A stretch of DNA of 64,000 nucleotides from an uncultured Clostridia bacterium (lineage in GTDB: Bacteria > Bacillota > Clostridia > Christensenellales > CAG-138), in NCBI GenBank assembly GCA_947166925.1, contig CAMVGD010000001.1, forward strand, positions 41,574 through 105,573, written 5' to 3'. Positions 29,439 through 38,727 of the stretch are shown here, piece after piece. The notes below the pieces were generated by a model. It had not been told where the DNA came from and did no database searches. It was given only the letters and a program-made list of their open reading frames with translations. Numbering within the stretch: position 1 is the stretch's first letter; every line of letters begins with the position of its first letter. The position numbers and the translations under genes are program-made.

Positions 29439-31384
29439 AGCGTTCGATCGGAAAACAGATCGTTCTGCTTTTTTCGATCACGCTGATCCTGACCATCCTT
29501 GCGTCGGCGGCGCTCGGTTTCAGCAGTGCGTATTCGGCCGAGCTGGAGCAAAACCGGACCGTCGGACGCAGCGCAGCTTATATCACCTCGGATATTCTGA
29601 ATACGATCGGTCTGGATCTGATCATGGATCCGCAAAACGACCTGGCGTACGATATGGCCAGAATGCAGCTCCGGACGGTCTGCCAAAGCCTGTCGCTGAC
29701 GTATCTGTATGTCTATACCGTAGATGCGGACGAGGTGCGGCATTATGTCGTGACCGTCGCTTCCGACGATGTGCTCGACGAGACTGTGCGCGAAGGGCTC
29801 GGGCTCGGCGCCGTCAGCCGGGAGCCGCTGCATGAGCAGGAGCGCGTCGCGCTTGCCGGCGGGGAGAGCGACAGCCGCTTTCTTCTGAACAATCGGTTCG
29901 GCAGAACGTCCGTATGGACCACGCCTTACTTTTCTCCGAGCGGAAAGCTTGCCGCGCTGATCGGCGCGGACGTCAGCGTCGAGGTCAGCAACGATGCGAT
30001 CATGAAGCAGTTTCTTGTGCGCGTTCTGCCCGTGTCCGCGTTTCTGATCGCGGCGTTTCTCTTTTTGTATTTCCTGCTGCATCGCCGTCTGATCCGGCCT
30101 TTGCACACCGTCGCGGCGCGCATGGAACAGTTCGATCCGTCGACGGAAAACGAGCCGCTTTCGATCCGTTCGCAGGATGAGATCCAGCAGATCGCCGATG
30201 CGTTCGAAAAGATGTCCGGCGATATCCGCAGGTATATCCGCAATATCGAAACGATCACCGCGCAGCGGCAGTATGAACGCGCGCAGCTTGACGTTGCCCG
30301 GCGCATCCAGTACGGAATGGTTCCGGCGTCGTTCCATGACTGCAGGGACGGCGTGGACGTCTCCGGGCTGATGCGCCCCGCAAAGGAGGTCGGCGGCGAC
30401 TTCTACGATTGCTTCCTGCGCCCCGACGGGCAATACTGCGCGTTGATCGCAGACGTCTCCGGCAAGGGCGTTGCAGGCGCGCTGTTCATGGCGCTGACCA
30501 AGAATCTTGTGCGGGAGCGGATCATGCACTGCGAGGATCCGGCGGAGGCGCTGAACAGCGTCAACGACGACCTTTGCGCGCAAAACCCCGAGGGCATGTT
30601 CGTTACGCTCTTTGCAATGCTCATCGACCCGCAGACCGGGGCGGTCCGCTGCGCCAACGCGGGACATAACCCGCCCGTGCTGCTGAAGCGCGGCGCGGCT
30701 GCGTATATGAAGCCGAAGCCCGGCATCGCGCTCGGGCTTTTCCCGGACGCGGACATCGAAACGGAGACCTTGACGCTCGCGCCCGGTGAAGGTGTGCTGC
30801 TGTATACCGACGGCGTGACCGAGGCGGTCAGTACGGAAAAAACATTTTACGGCACGGAACGGCTCCTGAAGCTTACGGAGACGCTCGGCAGAACGGACAG
30901 CCGCGCGGCCGTAACGGCGGTCGAGGAATCGGTCGACGCGTTCTTTGCCGGCTGCGAGCAGTTCGACGACATCACGGTCGTTGCGGCATATTATACGGGA
31001 GCGGACGAGCGGACGGCGCTGGCGCTTACGCTCGACGCGTTCGAGCCGGTCAAGCAAAAAATCCTTTCCGAATGCGAGGGGAGCGCGAACGCGAAAAAGA
31101 TCGTGCTCGCCTGTGAAGAAGCCTTCGTCAACATCGTGCGATACGCAAACGCGACCGAGGCCGATTACCGCGTCATGCGCGAAGGCGAACTGCTGACCGT
31201 GGAGCTTCGGGACAACGGCACGCGCTTCGACCCGTTCTCGGAAACATTGAAGGATGACGACGAGTTCTTAAGCATGGACGAGGGCGGACTCGGCATCCGT
31301 TTTATCCGGGATCTCACAGCGAACGCCGGATGGAGCTACGTTGACGGCAGAAACGTTTTGACGCTGGTTTTCAGAATCCGATAA
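29435..31384 (+). CDS. Membrane sensor-HAMP-PP2C (SpoIIE-type) phosphatase fused to a C-terminal RsbW/SpoIIAB-like ATPase/kinase domain
   Basis: ATGA overlap with the STAS gene. Two TM segments flank an extracytoplasmic region of about 165 aa. PP2C core AKEVGGDFYDCF...ADVSGKGVAGALFM...NAGHNPP...LYTDGVTEA. C-terminal EEAFVNIVRYA, RDNGTRFDP and EGGLGIRFI (N, G1 and G2 boxes). Confidence 0.85.
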   Translation: MKRSIGKQIVLLFSITLILTILASAALGFSSAYSAELEQNRTVGRSAAYITSDILNTIGLDLIMDPQNDLAYDMARMQLRTVCQSLSLTYLYVYTVDADEVRHYVVTVASDDVLDETVREGLGLGAVSREPLHEQERVALAGGESDSRFLLNNRFGRTSVWTTPYFSPSGKLAALIGADVSVEVSNDAIMKQFLVRVLPVSAFLIAAFLFLYFLLHRRLIRPLHTVAARMEQFDPSTENEPLSIRSQDEIQQIADAFEKMSGDIRRYIRNIETITAQRQYERAQLDVARRIQYGMVPASFHDCRDGVDVSGLMRPAKEVGGDFYDCFLRPDGQYCALIADVSGKGVAGALFMALTKNLVRERIMHCEDPAEALNSVNDDLCAQNPEGMFVTLFAMLIDPQTGAVRCANAGHNPPVLLKRGAAAYMKPKPGIALGLFPDADIETETLTLAPGEGVLLYTDGVTEAVSTEKTFYGTERLLKLTETLGRTDSRAAVTAVEESVDAFFAGCEQFDDITVVAAYYTGADERTALALTLDAFEPVKQKILSECEGSANAKKIVLACEEAFVNIVRYANATEADYRVMREGELLTVELRDNGTRFDPFSETLKDDDEFLSMDEGGLGIRFIRDLTANAGWSYVDGRNVLTLVFRIR

Positions 31385-31412
31385 TAAAATCATACAGACG
31401 CAGGAGGAACAT

Positions 31413-34400
31413 ATGACGGAATCGAACAGAGAGATCAATCTGAATGCGGGACAGACCGGCATCTATCTTGAATGCGTGCAGGCGCCGGATACGCTGAAAT
31501 ACAATATTCCGGTGTTCGTGCGGCTCCCGGAGGACGTCGAACGGGAACGGCTGATCGTCGCGGTCGGGACGGCTGCCGAAGGTCATGAGGCGCTGTTTGC
31601 CGTCGTTCGGGAATCGCGGGGCGTGCCCGCGATCGTATTCAAAAGGACGGAGATCCGTGTGGATACGCTTCGCGCGGACAGGATCGAGGAGGGCGTCAGG
31701 GACTTTATCAGACCGTTCGATCTTGCAAACGGTCCGCTGTACCGGTTCGCCTATCTCAGCACGCCCGAGGGAGACGGACTTCTTCTCGACGTGCACCATA
31801 TCGTATTCGACGGCTTTTCGCTGCATCTGCTGCTCGACGAGATCGCCGCGGCATACGGCGGCGAAGCGCTTCCGAAGGAATCGCCGACGTTCTCCGAGCT
31901 TCTGACGCCGGCAGTGAAGGACCCCGAATGGACAGAACGGATCCGGGCGATGCTCCGGGACGAGCTGGAAGGCGCGGATTTCGATTTTCGTCTCGACCCG
32001 GATCAGATCCTGAAGGAAAAGCCCTCCGGCATGGGGATTTGCGAGATCCCGATCGGCGCCCTTCCGATCGGCGCGGGCGAAGCCTTCGCAAAGACAAACG
32101 GGATCAGCGAAAACGCGCTGTTTCTCGGCGCTTTCGGCTTTGCGCTGGCGGCTTATGCCGGCACGGAGGAGGCGGTCTTTTCTTCGGCGCATTACGGACG
32201 TTCGGCGTTCAAAAACGATCCGGTCGTCGGCATGTTCGTACGTACGCTGCCGATCCGTGTCCGCTTCTCGGCGGACGAAAGCCCGAAGGCATACCTTTCC
32301 CGCGTCTATGACAGCTATTACCGGATGCAGCAGAACGACTGCGTCGATTTTTCCGAGCTTGCGGCGACGTACGGGATCCGCGAGAACCTCTCCTTCGTAT
32401 ACCATGCGGATCTTCTGAACGACATTGCGATCGGCGGGAAGACCGCGCCGGTCGAGCTTTTGAATACGAACGATCCGATCTGCGATCTGGAATTCACGGT
32501 CCGCAAGCGTCAAAACGGCTACGCGGTGATCGCAAAGTACCGCCGGTCTCTGTACACGGAGGACTATATCCGAAGCTTTACCGATACGTTTCAGACCGTC
32601 GCGGCGCAGATGTGCACCGCGGACCGCATCGGCGCGATCGATCCCGTTTCCGCGGCGAACCGTGCGCGTATCGACGCCTTCAACCGCACGGAAAGGGAAT
32701 ACGACACGACGCATACGGTCGTCGATCTGTTCCGGATGCAGGCGCGCAAAACGCCTGATGCGGAGTGCCTTGTATATCTCGACAAGCGCTTCACCTATCG
32801 CGAGGTCGACGAGATCACCGAGCGCCTTGCGAAGCATCTTGTAAAGCGCGGCATAGGAAGGGGCAGCATCATCGGGATCATGATCCCACGGTGCGAATAC
32901 ATGCTGCTGTGCTCGATGGGGGTTCTGAAATCGGGCGCGGCATACCTCCCGATGGATCCCTCGTACCCAACGGAGCGGCTGAATCAGATGCTTTCGGATT
33001 CCGGCGCGTCGTTTCTGATCACGACGGAGGAGCTTTCGCCCCGCATCACGGACGACTTTGCCGGCGAACGGATGATGACCGATGCGATCCCAAAGCTTTT
33101 GGACGACGATACGGCGCTTGCAGCCCCGTCGCCCGAGGATCTGTTCATCGTTCTGTATACCTCCGGTTCGACCGGAAAGCCGAAGGGCGTTATGTTCCGC
33201 CATGCGAACACGATGGTCACCGTCGCCTGGGGACGCGAGTTCTTCGGCTTCGGGGAAGGCAGCCGGTTCGGGGTCTATGCCAGCTTCGGCTTCGACGCCA
33301 ATGTTTTCGATACCTATCCCATTATCACCTCCGGCGCGGCGCTGTACATCATTCCGGACGAGCTGCGGCTCGATCTCTTTGCGCTGCAGCGCTATTTCAA
33401 CGAGAACGGAATCACGAATTCCATCATGACCACGCAGGTCGGCACGCAGTTTTTGCGCATGCAGGGCACAAAGACGCTCCGCACGCTTTCGGTTGCGGGG
33501 GAAAAGCTTGTGCCGATCGACCCGCCGAAGGACTTTCAGCTGTATAATCTGTACGGGCCGACGGAGGGCTCGGTGCTGGTCACCGCATTCCCCGTGGACC
33601 GGCCGTACGAGGACATCCCGATCGGACATGCGGTCGACAACGTCAAGCTGTATGTCGTGGACGGTTCCGGCCGTCTTGTGCCGCCCGGCGCGAAGGGTGA
33701 GCTGTGGATCACCGGCCCGCACGTGACGGCGGGATACCTGAACGATCCCGAAAAGACCGAAAAGGCGTATGTCAATAATCCGTTCTGCACGGCGCCGGGC
33801 TATGAGCGCGCCTATCGCACCGGCGATCGTGTGCGCTTCCTCATGGACGGCAATCTGCAGTTCGTGGGCCGCGGCGACAGTCAGGTCAAGATTCGCGGCT
33901 TCCGCGTGGAGCTCAAGGAGGTCGAGGAGGTCATCCGCCGCTTCGACGGGATCAAGGACGCGACGGTCGCGGACTTTACGGAGCCGTCCGGCGGCAAATT
34001 CATCGCGGCGTACGTCGTCGCCGACGAGCCGGTCGACGTCGCGGCGCTGAACGCGTTTATCCGGTCCGAAAAACCGGACTACATGGTCCCGGCGGTGACG
34101 ATGCAGATCGAACGCATCCCGCTGAACCAGAACCAGAAGGTCAATAAGAAAGCGCTGCCCTATCCCGAGCGGCAGCAGAAGCAGGAAACGCCGCCCGAGA
34201 ACGAAACGCAGCAGAAGGTTTTCGATCTTGCGGCGGAAGCGATCGGGCATTCGGGGTTCGGGATCGATACGAACCTTCTGGACGCGGGTCTGACCTCGGT
34301 CGGCGTGCTGAAGCTGAACGTGGCTTTGAGCGAAGCGTTCGGCGTCAACATGCGGATCTCGGAGCTAAGGCAATACGAAACGATTCGCAAGCTTGCGGCG

Positions 34401-37400
34401 GTCCTCGCGCCCTCGGCGGATCAGGAACGGACGACCGAAACGCCGCAGGAAGCGCAGCCCGGCGAAACGGAGACCTGTCCGCTGTCGAGCGTACAGCAGG
34501 GCGTCTATGTGGAATGCCTTGCAAGTCCGAACTCGACCGCATACAACATCCCGCTGCTTCTGAAGCTCGACCCCTCGGTCGATGCCGACCGCCTCAAAGC
34601 AGCGCTGACTGCGGCGATCGACGCGCATCCGTATCTCAAGATGCAGCTCGTCGTTTCCGGATCCGGCAAGGTCATGGCCGAGCGGCACGATACGGATCCG
34701 ATCGAGATCGCGATCCTCGACCGATCGGACCTGCATCTCGGCTTTTCCGAGCTCGTCCGCCCGTTCCGCCTGACGGACGCGCCGCTCGTGCGCGCCGCGC
34801 TGATCCGGGACGGCGCGAGCCTGTATCTGTTCTTCGACGCGCATCATCTGGTCTTTGACGGAGAATCGCTCATCGTGCTCCTGCGCGATCTTGAGCTCGC
34901 CTACGGCGGCGGCACGCCGAAAGCGGAACGCTTTACCGGTTTTGAATATGCGCTGGAGGAAGAAGCGCTTCGCAGGGGACCGGCATACGCGGAGGCGAAG
35001 GCTTACTATACCGCCCTGCTCGACGGACTGGACGCCGATTGCCTGCCCGTGCGCGACAAGAATGATGCGGTCGCCGACGTCGGGCTTTTGTCGCATCGCG
35101 TCGCCGTAGACCGCGCCGCCGCGGAGCGGTTCCTGAAGAACGCGCGGACCACTGCAAACGCGCTCTGGAACGCGGCGTTCGGCTTCACGCTTGCAAAGTT
35201 CCTCGCCCGCAGCGATTGCGTCTATACCACCGTCTACAACGGCAGGAACGACGCGCGGCTGATGGATTCCATCGGCATGTTCGTGCACACGCTTCCGGTC
35301 GTCTGCGATCTGAAAAAGGACGAGACCGGCAGTGCGTTCGTTTCGCGCATCGGCAGGCAGCTCAATGACAGCATGGCGCACGATATCTATTCGTTCGCGG
35401 AGATCTCCCGCGCGTTCGACGTCAAGGCAAACATCCTGTTCGTCTATGAAGGCGCGATCGGCGGGTCCTTTACCGTCGGCGGAAGTCCTGCGGAGCAGAT
35501 CGCGCTCCAGCCGGACGACCGAAAGGCGCCGCTGACCTTCTTTGTGTTCGACACGGAGGAGGGCTTTAGGATCGATTGCGAATACGAGACGGAGCACTAT
35601 GAAGAATGGGACGTCCGCTCCCTGCTCGAGAGCCTGGAGCAGGCGCTCAAAGCGCTGTTAAGAGATGAACCGCTTGACGCGATCTCGCTGCTGACGGAAG
35701 ACGGGAGGGAACAGCTTGTGGCGTTCAACCGTACCGAGAAGGAGATCGAGGACGCCGATATCGCGACACAGTTCAGACGGATCGCCGCGCGGTATCCGGA
35801 CCGCACCGCACTGATCTGCGGCGACGTTCGCATGTGCTATCGCGCGGTCGACGATCTGTCCGACCGGATCGCGGCATACGCAAGGCGCCTCGGGATCGGA
35901 CCGGAGGACGTCGTATCCATCCTGATCCCGCGCAGCGAATACATGGCGGTGACCGCGCTCGGCGCGCTGAAGGCGGGCGCGGCGTATCAGCCGCTCGACC
36001 CGGGCTATCCCACCGAACGTCTGCAGTACATGATCGGCGACGCGAATGCGAAGCTGCTGATCACGGACGAGACGCTTCTGGACCTGCTGCCGGATTACAA
36101 GGGTCCCGTGCTGCTTCTGAAGGATATCGCATCGCTTCCGGAGAGCGGCGCGGTCGAGTCCGGTTTAAGCCCCGACAACCTGTTCATCCTGCTCTATACC
36201 AGCGGCACCACAGGCAAGCCGAAGGGCGTGATGCTGACGCATAATAATCTCGTCAACTTCTGCGATTGGTACCGGACGTACTATGAACTGACGCCCGAAT
36301 CGGTCGTCGCCGCGTACGCCAGCTTCGGCTTCGACGCGAACATGATGGACATGTACCCGGCGCTCACGACCGGCGCGGCAGTATGCATCGTGCCGGAGGA
36401 CCTTCGGATCGATCTGCCGCTGCTGAACGAATACTATCAAAAGAACGGCGTGACGCACGTCTTTATGACGACGCAGATGGGTCGTCTGTTCGCCTCGCAG
36501 ATTCAGGACGCAAAGCTTCGGCATCTGTCCGTCGGCGGCGAAAAACTCGTACCGCTGCAGCCGCCGAAGGGCTACACGCTCACCAACGGCTACGGACCGA
36601 CCGAGTGCACGATCTTTTCCACGACACAGCCGGTCGACCGGCTCTACGACCGCATTCCGATCGGATCGCCGCTGTCAAACTACAAGCTTTACGTTACGGA
36701 CAGCTTCGGTCACGAGATGCCGGTAGGCGCGATGGGCGAGCTCTGGATCGCAGGACGCGGCGTCGGACGCGGATACCTGAATCTTCCGGAACGGACCGCA
36801 GCGGTGTTCACGAAGAATCCGTTCTGCAGCAGTCCCGGCTTTGACCGCGTGTTCCGCACCGGCGACATCGTACGGCGTCTCAACGACGGCAGGATCGACT
36901 TCATCGGCCGCAACGACGGTCAGGTCAAGATCCGCGGCTTCCGCATCGAGCTTGCCGAGGTCGAGGGCGTCATACGCGACTATCCCGGCATTCGCGACGT
37001 TACCGTGCAGGCGTTCGAGGACGAGGCGTTCGGCGGAAAATATATCGCCGCCTACATCGTTTCGGACGCGGCGGTGGACTTCGGAAAGCTCAGCGATTTT
37101 ATCCGCAGCAAAAAGCCCTCGTACATGATCCCGGCGGCGTTCATGCAGCTCGACGCGATCCCGTTGAATCAGAATCAGAAGGTCAACAAGCGCGCGCTGC
37201 CGAAGCCGAAACGGCGCGAGGAGACCGGCGTCTTCGTGGAGCCGGCGACGCCGCTCGAACGCGAGATCTGCGAGAAATACGCGTCGATCCTCGGGCTTGA
37301 TCGGGTCAGCGCGACGGACAGTTTCTTCGACATCGGCGGCAGCTCGATCAGCGTGGCGGAGATCGTCATGTTCGCCATGAACAAGGGCTATCCGATCGTC

Positions 37401-38669
37401 TATAAGGATGTGTTTGCAAACCCGTCCGCCCGCGAGCTCGCCCGCGTGATCGTCGGTCAGGGAAAGGACGAGAAATCCAGGGCGGCAGCGGACTTCGACT
37501 ATACCGCGATCAACGAGCTGATCAAGGTCAATACCATGGACCGTGTGGACGAGATCTCCGCGCATCCGCTCGGAAACGTCATCCTCACCGGCGCGACGGG
37601 CTTCCTCGGCATCCACGTGCTGTACGCATATCTCAAAAACACGGACGGAAAGATCACCTGCCTCATCCGCCGCGGCCGCTACGAAACGGCGGAAAAGCGC
37701 ATGAAGACGATGCTGATGTACTACTTCGGCGAGATGATGCCGGAGCTGTTCGGCAAGCGCATCTTCTGTGTGGACGGCGATATCACCGTGCCGGAGAGCC
37801 TCACCGCGCTCGAAACGGCGGACGCCGACGCCGTCATCAACTGCGCAGCCTGCGTCAAGCACTTCGCAAAGGACGATATCCTCGACCGGATCAATGTGCA
37901 CGGCGTCGAAAACCTGATCGATTTCTGTGTGCGCAGCAAAAAGCGTCTCGTGCAGATCTCCACGATCAGCGTCGGCGGCGAGATCGGCACAAAGAACCTG
38001 CAAAAGCTTCGGGAGGATATGCTCTACTTCGGACAGAACGTCGACAACGATTACGTCCGCACCAAGTTCCTCGCCGAGCGCGCGATCCTGAACGCGCGCG
38101 TGAACCGCGGACTCGACGCGGTGATCCTGCGCGTGGGCAACCTGATGGGACGGCATACGGACGGCGAGTTCCAGATCAACTTCGAGACGAACGCCTTCAT
38201 GCGTTCGCTTTGGGCGTACATCCAGCTTAAACAGGTTCCGGTCACGATCCTCGAGCAGCCCGCGGAGTTCTCTCCCATCGATTCCGTTGCGAACGCCGTC
38301 CTGACGCTCGCCGGCGCGGACAGCCGCTTCAGCATCTTCCACGTGAACAACAATCATTCGGTCACGATGGCGGACCTGATGGCGGTCGTACGGCAGCACG
38401 GCTTTGACGTCAGGACCGTTTCGGAGGCGGAATTCAGGAACACGCTCAGCGAGGCTACGAAGCACGAGGAGGAGAGCCGGACCGTGCTCTCGCTGGTCGC
38501 CTATTCCAACAAGGAGGGCGATGACCTTGCGCTGGTCGAAGCCGACCATCGCTTCACGGTCAACGCGCTTTTCCGGCTCGGCTTCAAGTGGCCGATCATC
38601 GATGACAGCTATCTCGAACGCGTGATCCAGTCTCTTGATTCCTTCGGCTTCTTTACGGAGACGGTATGA
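31413..38669 (+). CDS. Bimodular non-ribosomal peptide synthetase, C-A-T-C-A-T-R (terminal thioester reductase)
   Basis: 2418 aa with an AGGAGG RBS. All core motifs are readable (see the domain features below). Confidence 0.95.
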   Translation: MTESNREINLNAGQTGIYLECVQAPDTLKYNIPVFVRLPEDVERERLIVAVGTAAEGHEALFAVVRESRGVPAIVFKRTEIRVDTLRADRIEEGVRDFIRPFDLANGPLYRFAYLSTPEGDGLLLDVHHIVFDGFSLHLLLDEIAAAYGGEALPKESPTFSELLTPAVKDPEWTERIRAMLRDELEGADFDFRLDPDQILKEKPSGMGICEIPIGALPIGAGEAFAKTNGISENALFLGAFGFALAAYAGTEEAVFSSAHYGRSAFKNDPVVGMFVRTLPIRVRFSADESPKAYLSRVYDSYYRMQQNDCVDFSELAATYGIRENLSFVYHADLLNDIAIGGKTAPVELLNTNDPICDLEFTVRKRQNGYAVIAKYRRSLYTEDYIRSFTDTFQTVAAQMCTADRIGAIDPVSAANRARIDAFNRTEREYDTTHTVVDLFRMQARKTPDAECLVYLDKRFTYREVDEITERLAKHLVKRGIGRGSIIGIMIPRCEYMLLCSMGVLKSGAAYLPMDPSYPTERLNQMLSDSGASFLITTEELSPRITDDFAGERMMTDAIPKLLDDDTALAAPSPEDLFIVLYTSGSTGKPKGVMFRHANTMVTVAWGREFFGFGEGSRFGVYASFGFDANVFDTYPIITSGAALYIIPDELRLDLFALQRYFNENGITNSIMTTQVGTQFLRMQGTKTLRTLSVAGEKLVPIDPPKDFQLYNLYGPTEGSVLVTAFPVDRPYEDIPIGHAVDNVKLYVVDGSGRLVPPGAKGELWITGPHVTAGYLNDPEKTEKAYVNNPFCTAPGYERAYRTGDRVRFLMDGNLQFVGRGDSQVKIRGFRVELKEVEEVIRRFDGIKDATVADFTEPSGGKFIAAYVVADEPVDVAALNAFIRSEKPDYMVPAVTMQIERIPLNQNQKVNKKALPYPERQQKQETPPENETQQKVFDLAAEAIGHSGFGIDTNLLDAGLTSVGVLKLNVALSEAFGVNMRISELRQYETIRKLAAVLAPSADQERTTETPQEAQPGETETCPLSSVQQGVYVECLASPNSTAYNIPLLLKLDPSVDADRLKAALTAAIDAHPYLKMQLVVSGSGKVMAERHDTDPIEIAILDRSDLHLGFSELVRPFRLTDAPLVRAALIRDGASLYLFFDAHHLVFDGESLIVLLRDLELAYGGGTPKAERFTGFEYALEEEALRRGPAYAEAKAYYTALLDGLDADCLPVRDKNDAVADVGLLSHRVAVDRAAAERFLKNARTTANALWNAAFGFTLAKFLARSDCVYTTVYNGRNDARLMDSIGMFVHTLPVVCDLKKDETGSAFVSRIGRQLNDSMAHDIYSFAEISRAFDVKANILFVYEGAIGGSFTVGGSPAEQIALQPDDRKAPLTFFVFDTEEGFRIDCEYETEHYEEWDVRSLLESLEQALKALLRDEPLDAISLLTEDGREQLVAFNRTEKEIEDADIATQFRRIAARYPDRTALICGDVRMCYRAVDDLSDRIAAYARRLGIGPEDVVSILIPRSEYMAVTALGALKAGAAYQPLDPGYPTERLQYMIGDANAKLLITDETLLDLLPDYKGPVLLLKDIASLPESGAVESGLSPDNLFILLYTSGTTGKPKGVMLTHNNLVNFCDWYRTYYELTPESVVAAYASFGFDANMMDMYPALTTGAAVCIVPEDLRIDLPLLNEYYQKNGVTHVFMTTQMGRLFASQIQDAKLRHLSVGGEKLVPLQPPKGYTLTNGYGPTECTIFSTTQPVDRLYDRIPIGSPLSNYKLYVTDSFGHEMPVGAMGELWIAGRGVGRGYLNLPERTAAVFTKNPFCSSPGFDRVFRTGDIVRRLNDGRIDFIGRNDGQVKIRGFRIELAEVEGVIRDYPGIRDVTVQAFEDEAFGGKYIAAYIVSDAAVDFGKLSDFIRSKKPSYMIPAAFMQLDAIPLNQNQKVNKRALPKPKRREETGVFVEPATPLEREICEKYASILGLDRVSATDSFFDIGGSSISVAEIVMFAMNKGYPIVYKDVFANPSARELARVIVGQGKDEKSRAAADFDYTAINELIKVNTMDRVDEISAHPLGNVILTGATGFLGIHVLYAYLKNTDGKITCLIRRGRYETAEKRMKTMLMYYFGEMMPELFGKRIFCVDGDITVPESLTALETADADAVINCAACVKHFAKDDILDRINVHGVENLIDFCVRSKKRLVQISTISVGGEIGTKNLQKLREDMLYFGQNVDNDYVRTKFLAERAILNARVNRGLDAVILRVGNLMGRHTDGEFQINFETNAFMRSLWAYIQLKQVPVTILEQPAEFSPIDSVANAVLTLAGADSRFSIFHVNNNHSVTMADLMAVVRQHGFDVRTVSEAEFRNTLSEATKHEEESRTVLSLVAYSNKEGDDLALVEADHRFTVNALFRLGFKWPIIDDSYLERVIQSLDSFGFFTETV
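31434..32700 (+). other. NRPS condensation domain C1 (N-terminal, starter-type position)
   Basis: HHIVFDGFS with His128/129 encoded at 31794-31799. Confidence 0.8.
32706..34165 (+). other. NRPS adenylation domain A1
   Basis: LYTSGSTGKPKG, SFGFDANVFD, NLYGPTE, GELWITGPHVTAGY, YRTGDRVRF, GRGDSQVKIRGFRVEL, NQNQKVNKKALP. Confidence 0.85.
34209..34405 (+). other. NRPS carrier (T/PCP) domain T1
   Basis: LLDAGLTSVGVLKL, with the candidate phosphopantetheine Ser962 at 34296-34298. This is a non-canonical GLTS rather than GGxS. Confidence 0.7.
34476..35720 (+). other. NRPS condensation domain C2
   Basis: HHLVFDGES with His1144/1145 encoded at 34842-34847. Confidence 0.85.
35751..37205 (+). other. 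NRPS adenylation domain A2
   Basis: LYTSGTTGKPKG, SFGFDANMMD, NGYGPTE, GELWIAGRGVGRGY, FRTGDIVRR, GRNDGQVKIRGFRIEL, NQNQKVNKRALP. Confidence 0.85.
37248..37452 (+). other. NRPS carrier domain T2
   Basis: FFDIGGSSISVAE, with Ser1978 at 37344-37346. Confidence 0.8.
37578..38666 (+). other. NRPS terminal thioester reductase (R, SDR fold)
   Basis: Rossmann motif ILTGATGFLG, and YVRTKFLAE (YxxxK) near 38053. Confidence 0.8.
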
Positions 38670-38727
38670 TCGTCCGATCGAACTGCGCTCCCGACGGCAT
38701 CGCCGGGAGCGCTTCCTTGTTTCGGGC

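Noticed and set aside
28415-34250. Very long ORFs in the track lie antisense to confident genes. Examples are 28415-31057 (880 aa) and 31371-34250 (959 aa), and also 5739-7349, 9206-10804, 26622-28091, 36675-38549, 48534-51035, 51077-52726, 53204-54802 and 61774-63402.
   Set aside because: Their translations are Arg/His/Asp-rich low-complexity strings with no recognisable motifs. The opposite strand encodes proteins with complete, ordered family motifs. Long shadow ORFs of this kind are expected at about 60% GC.
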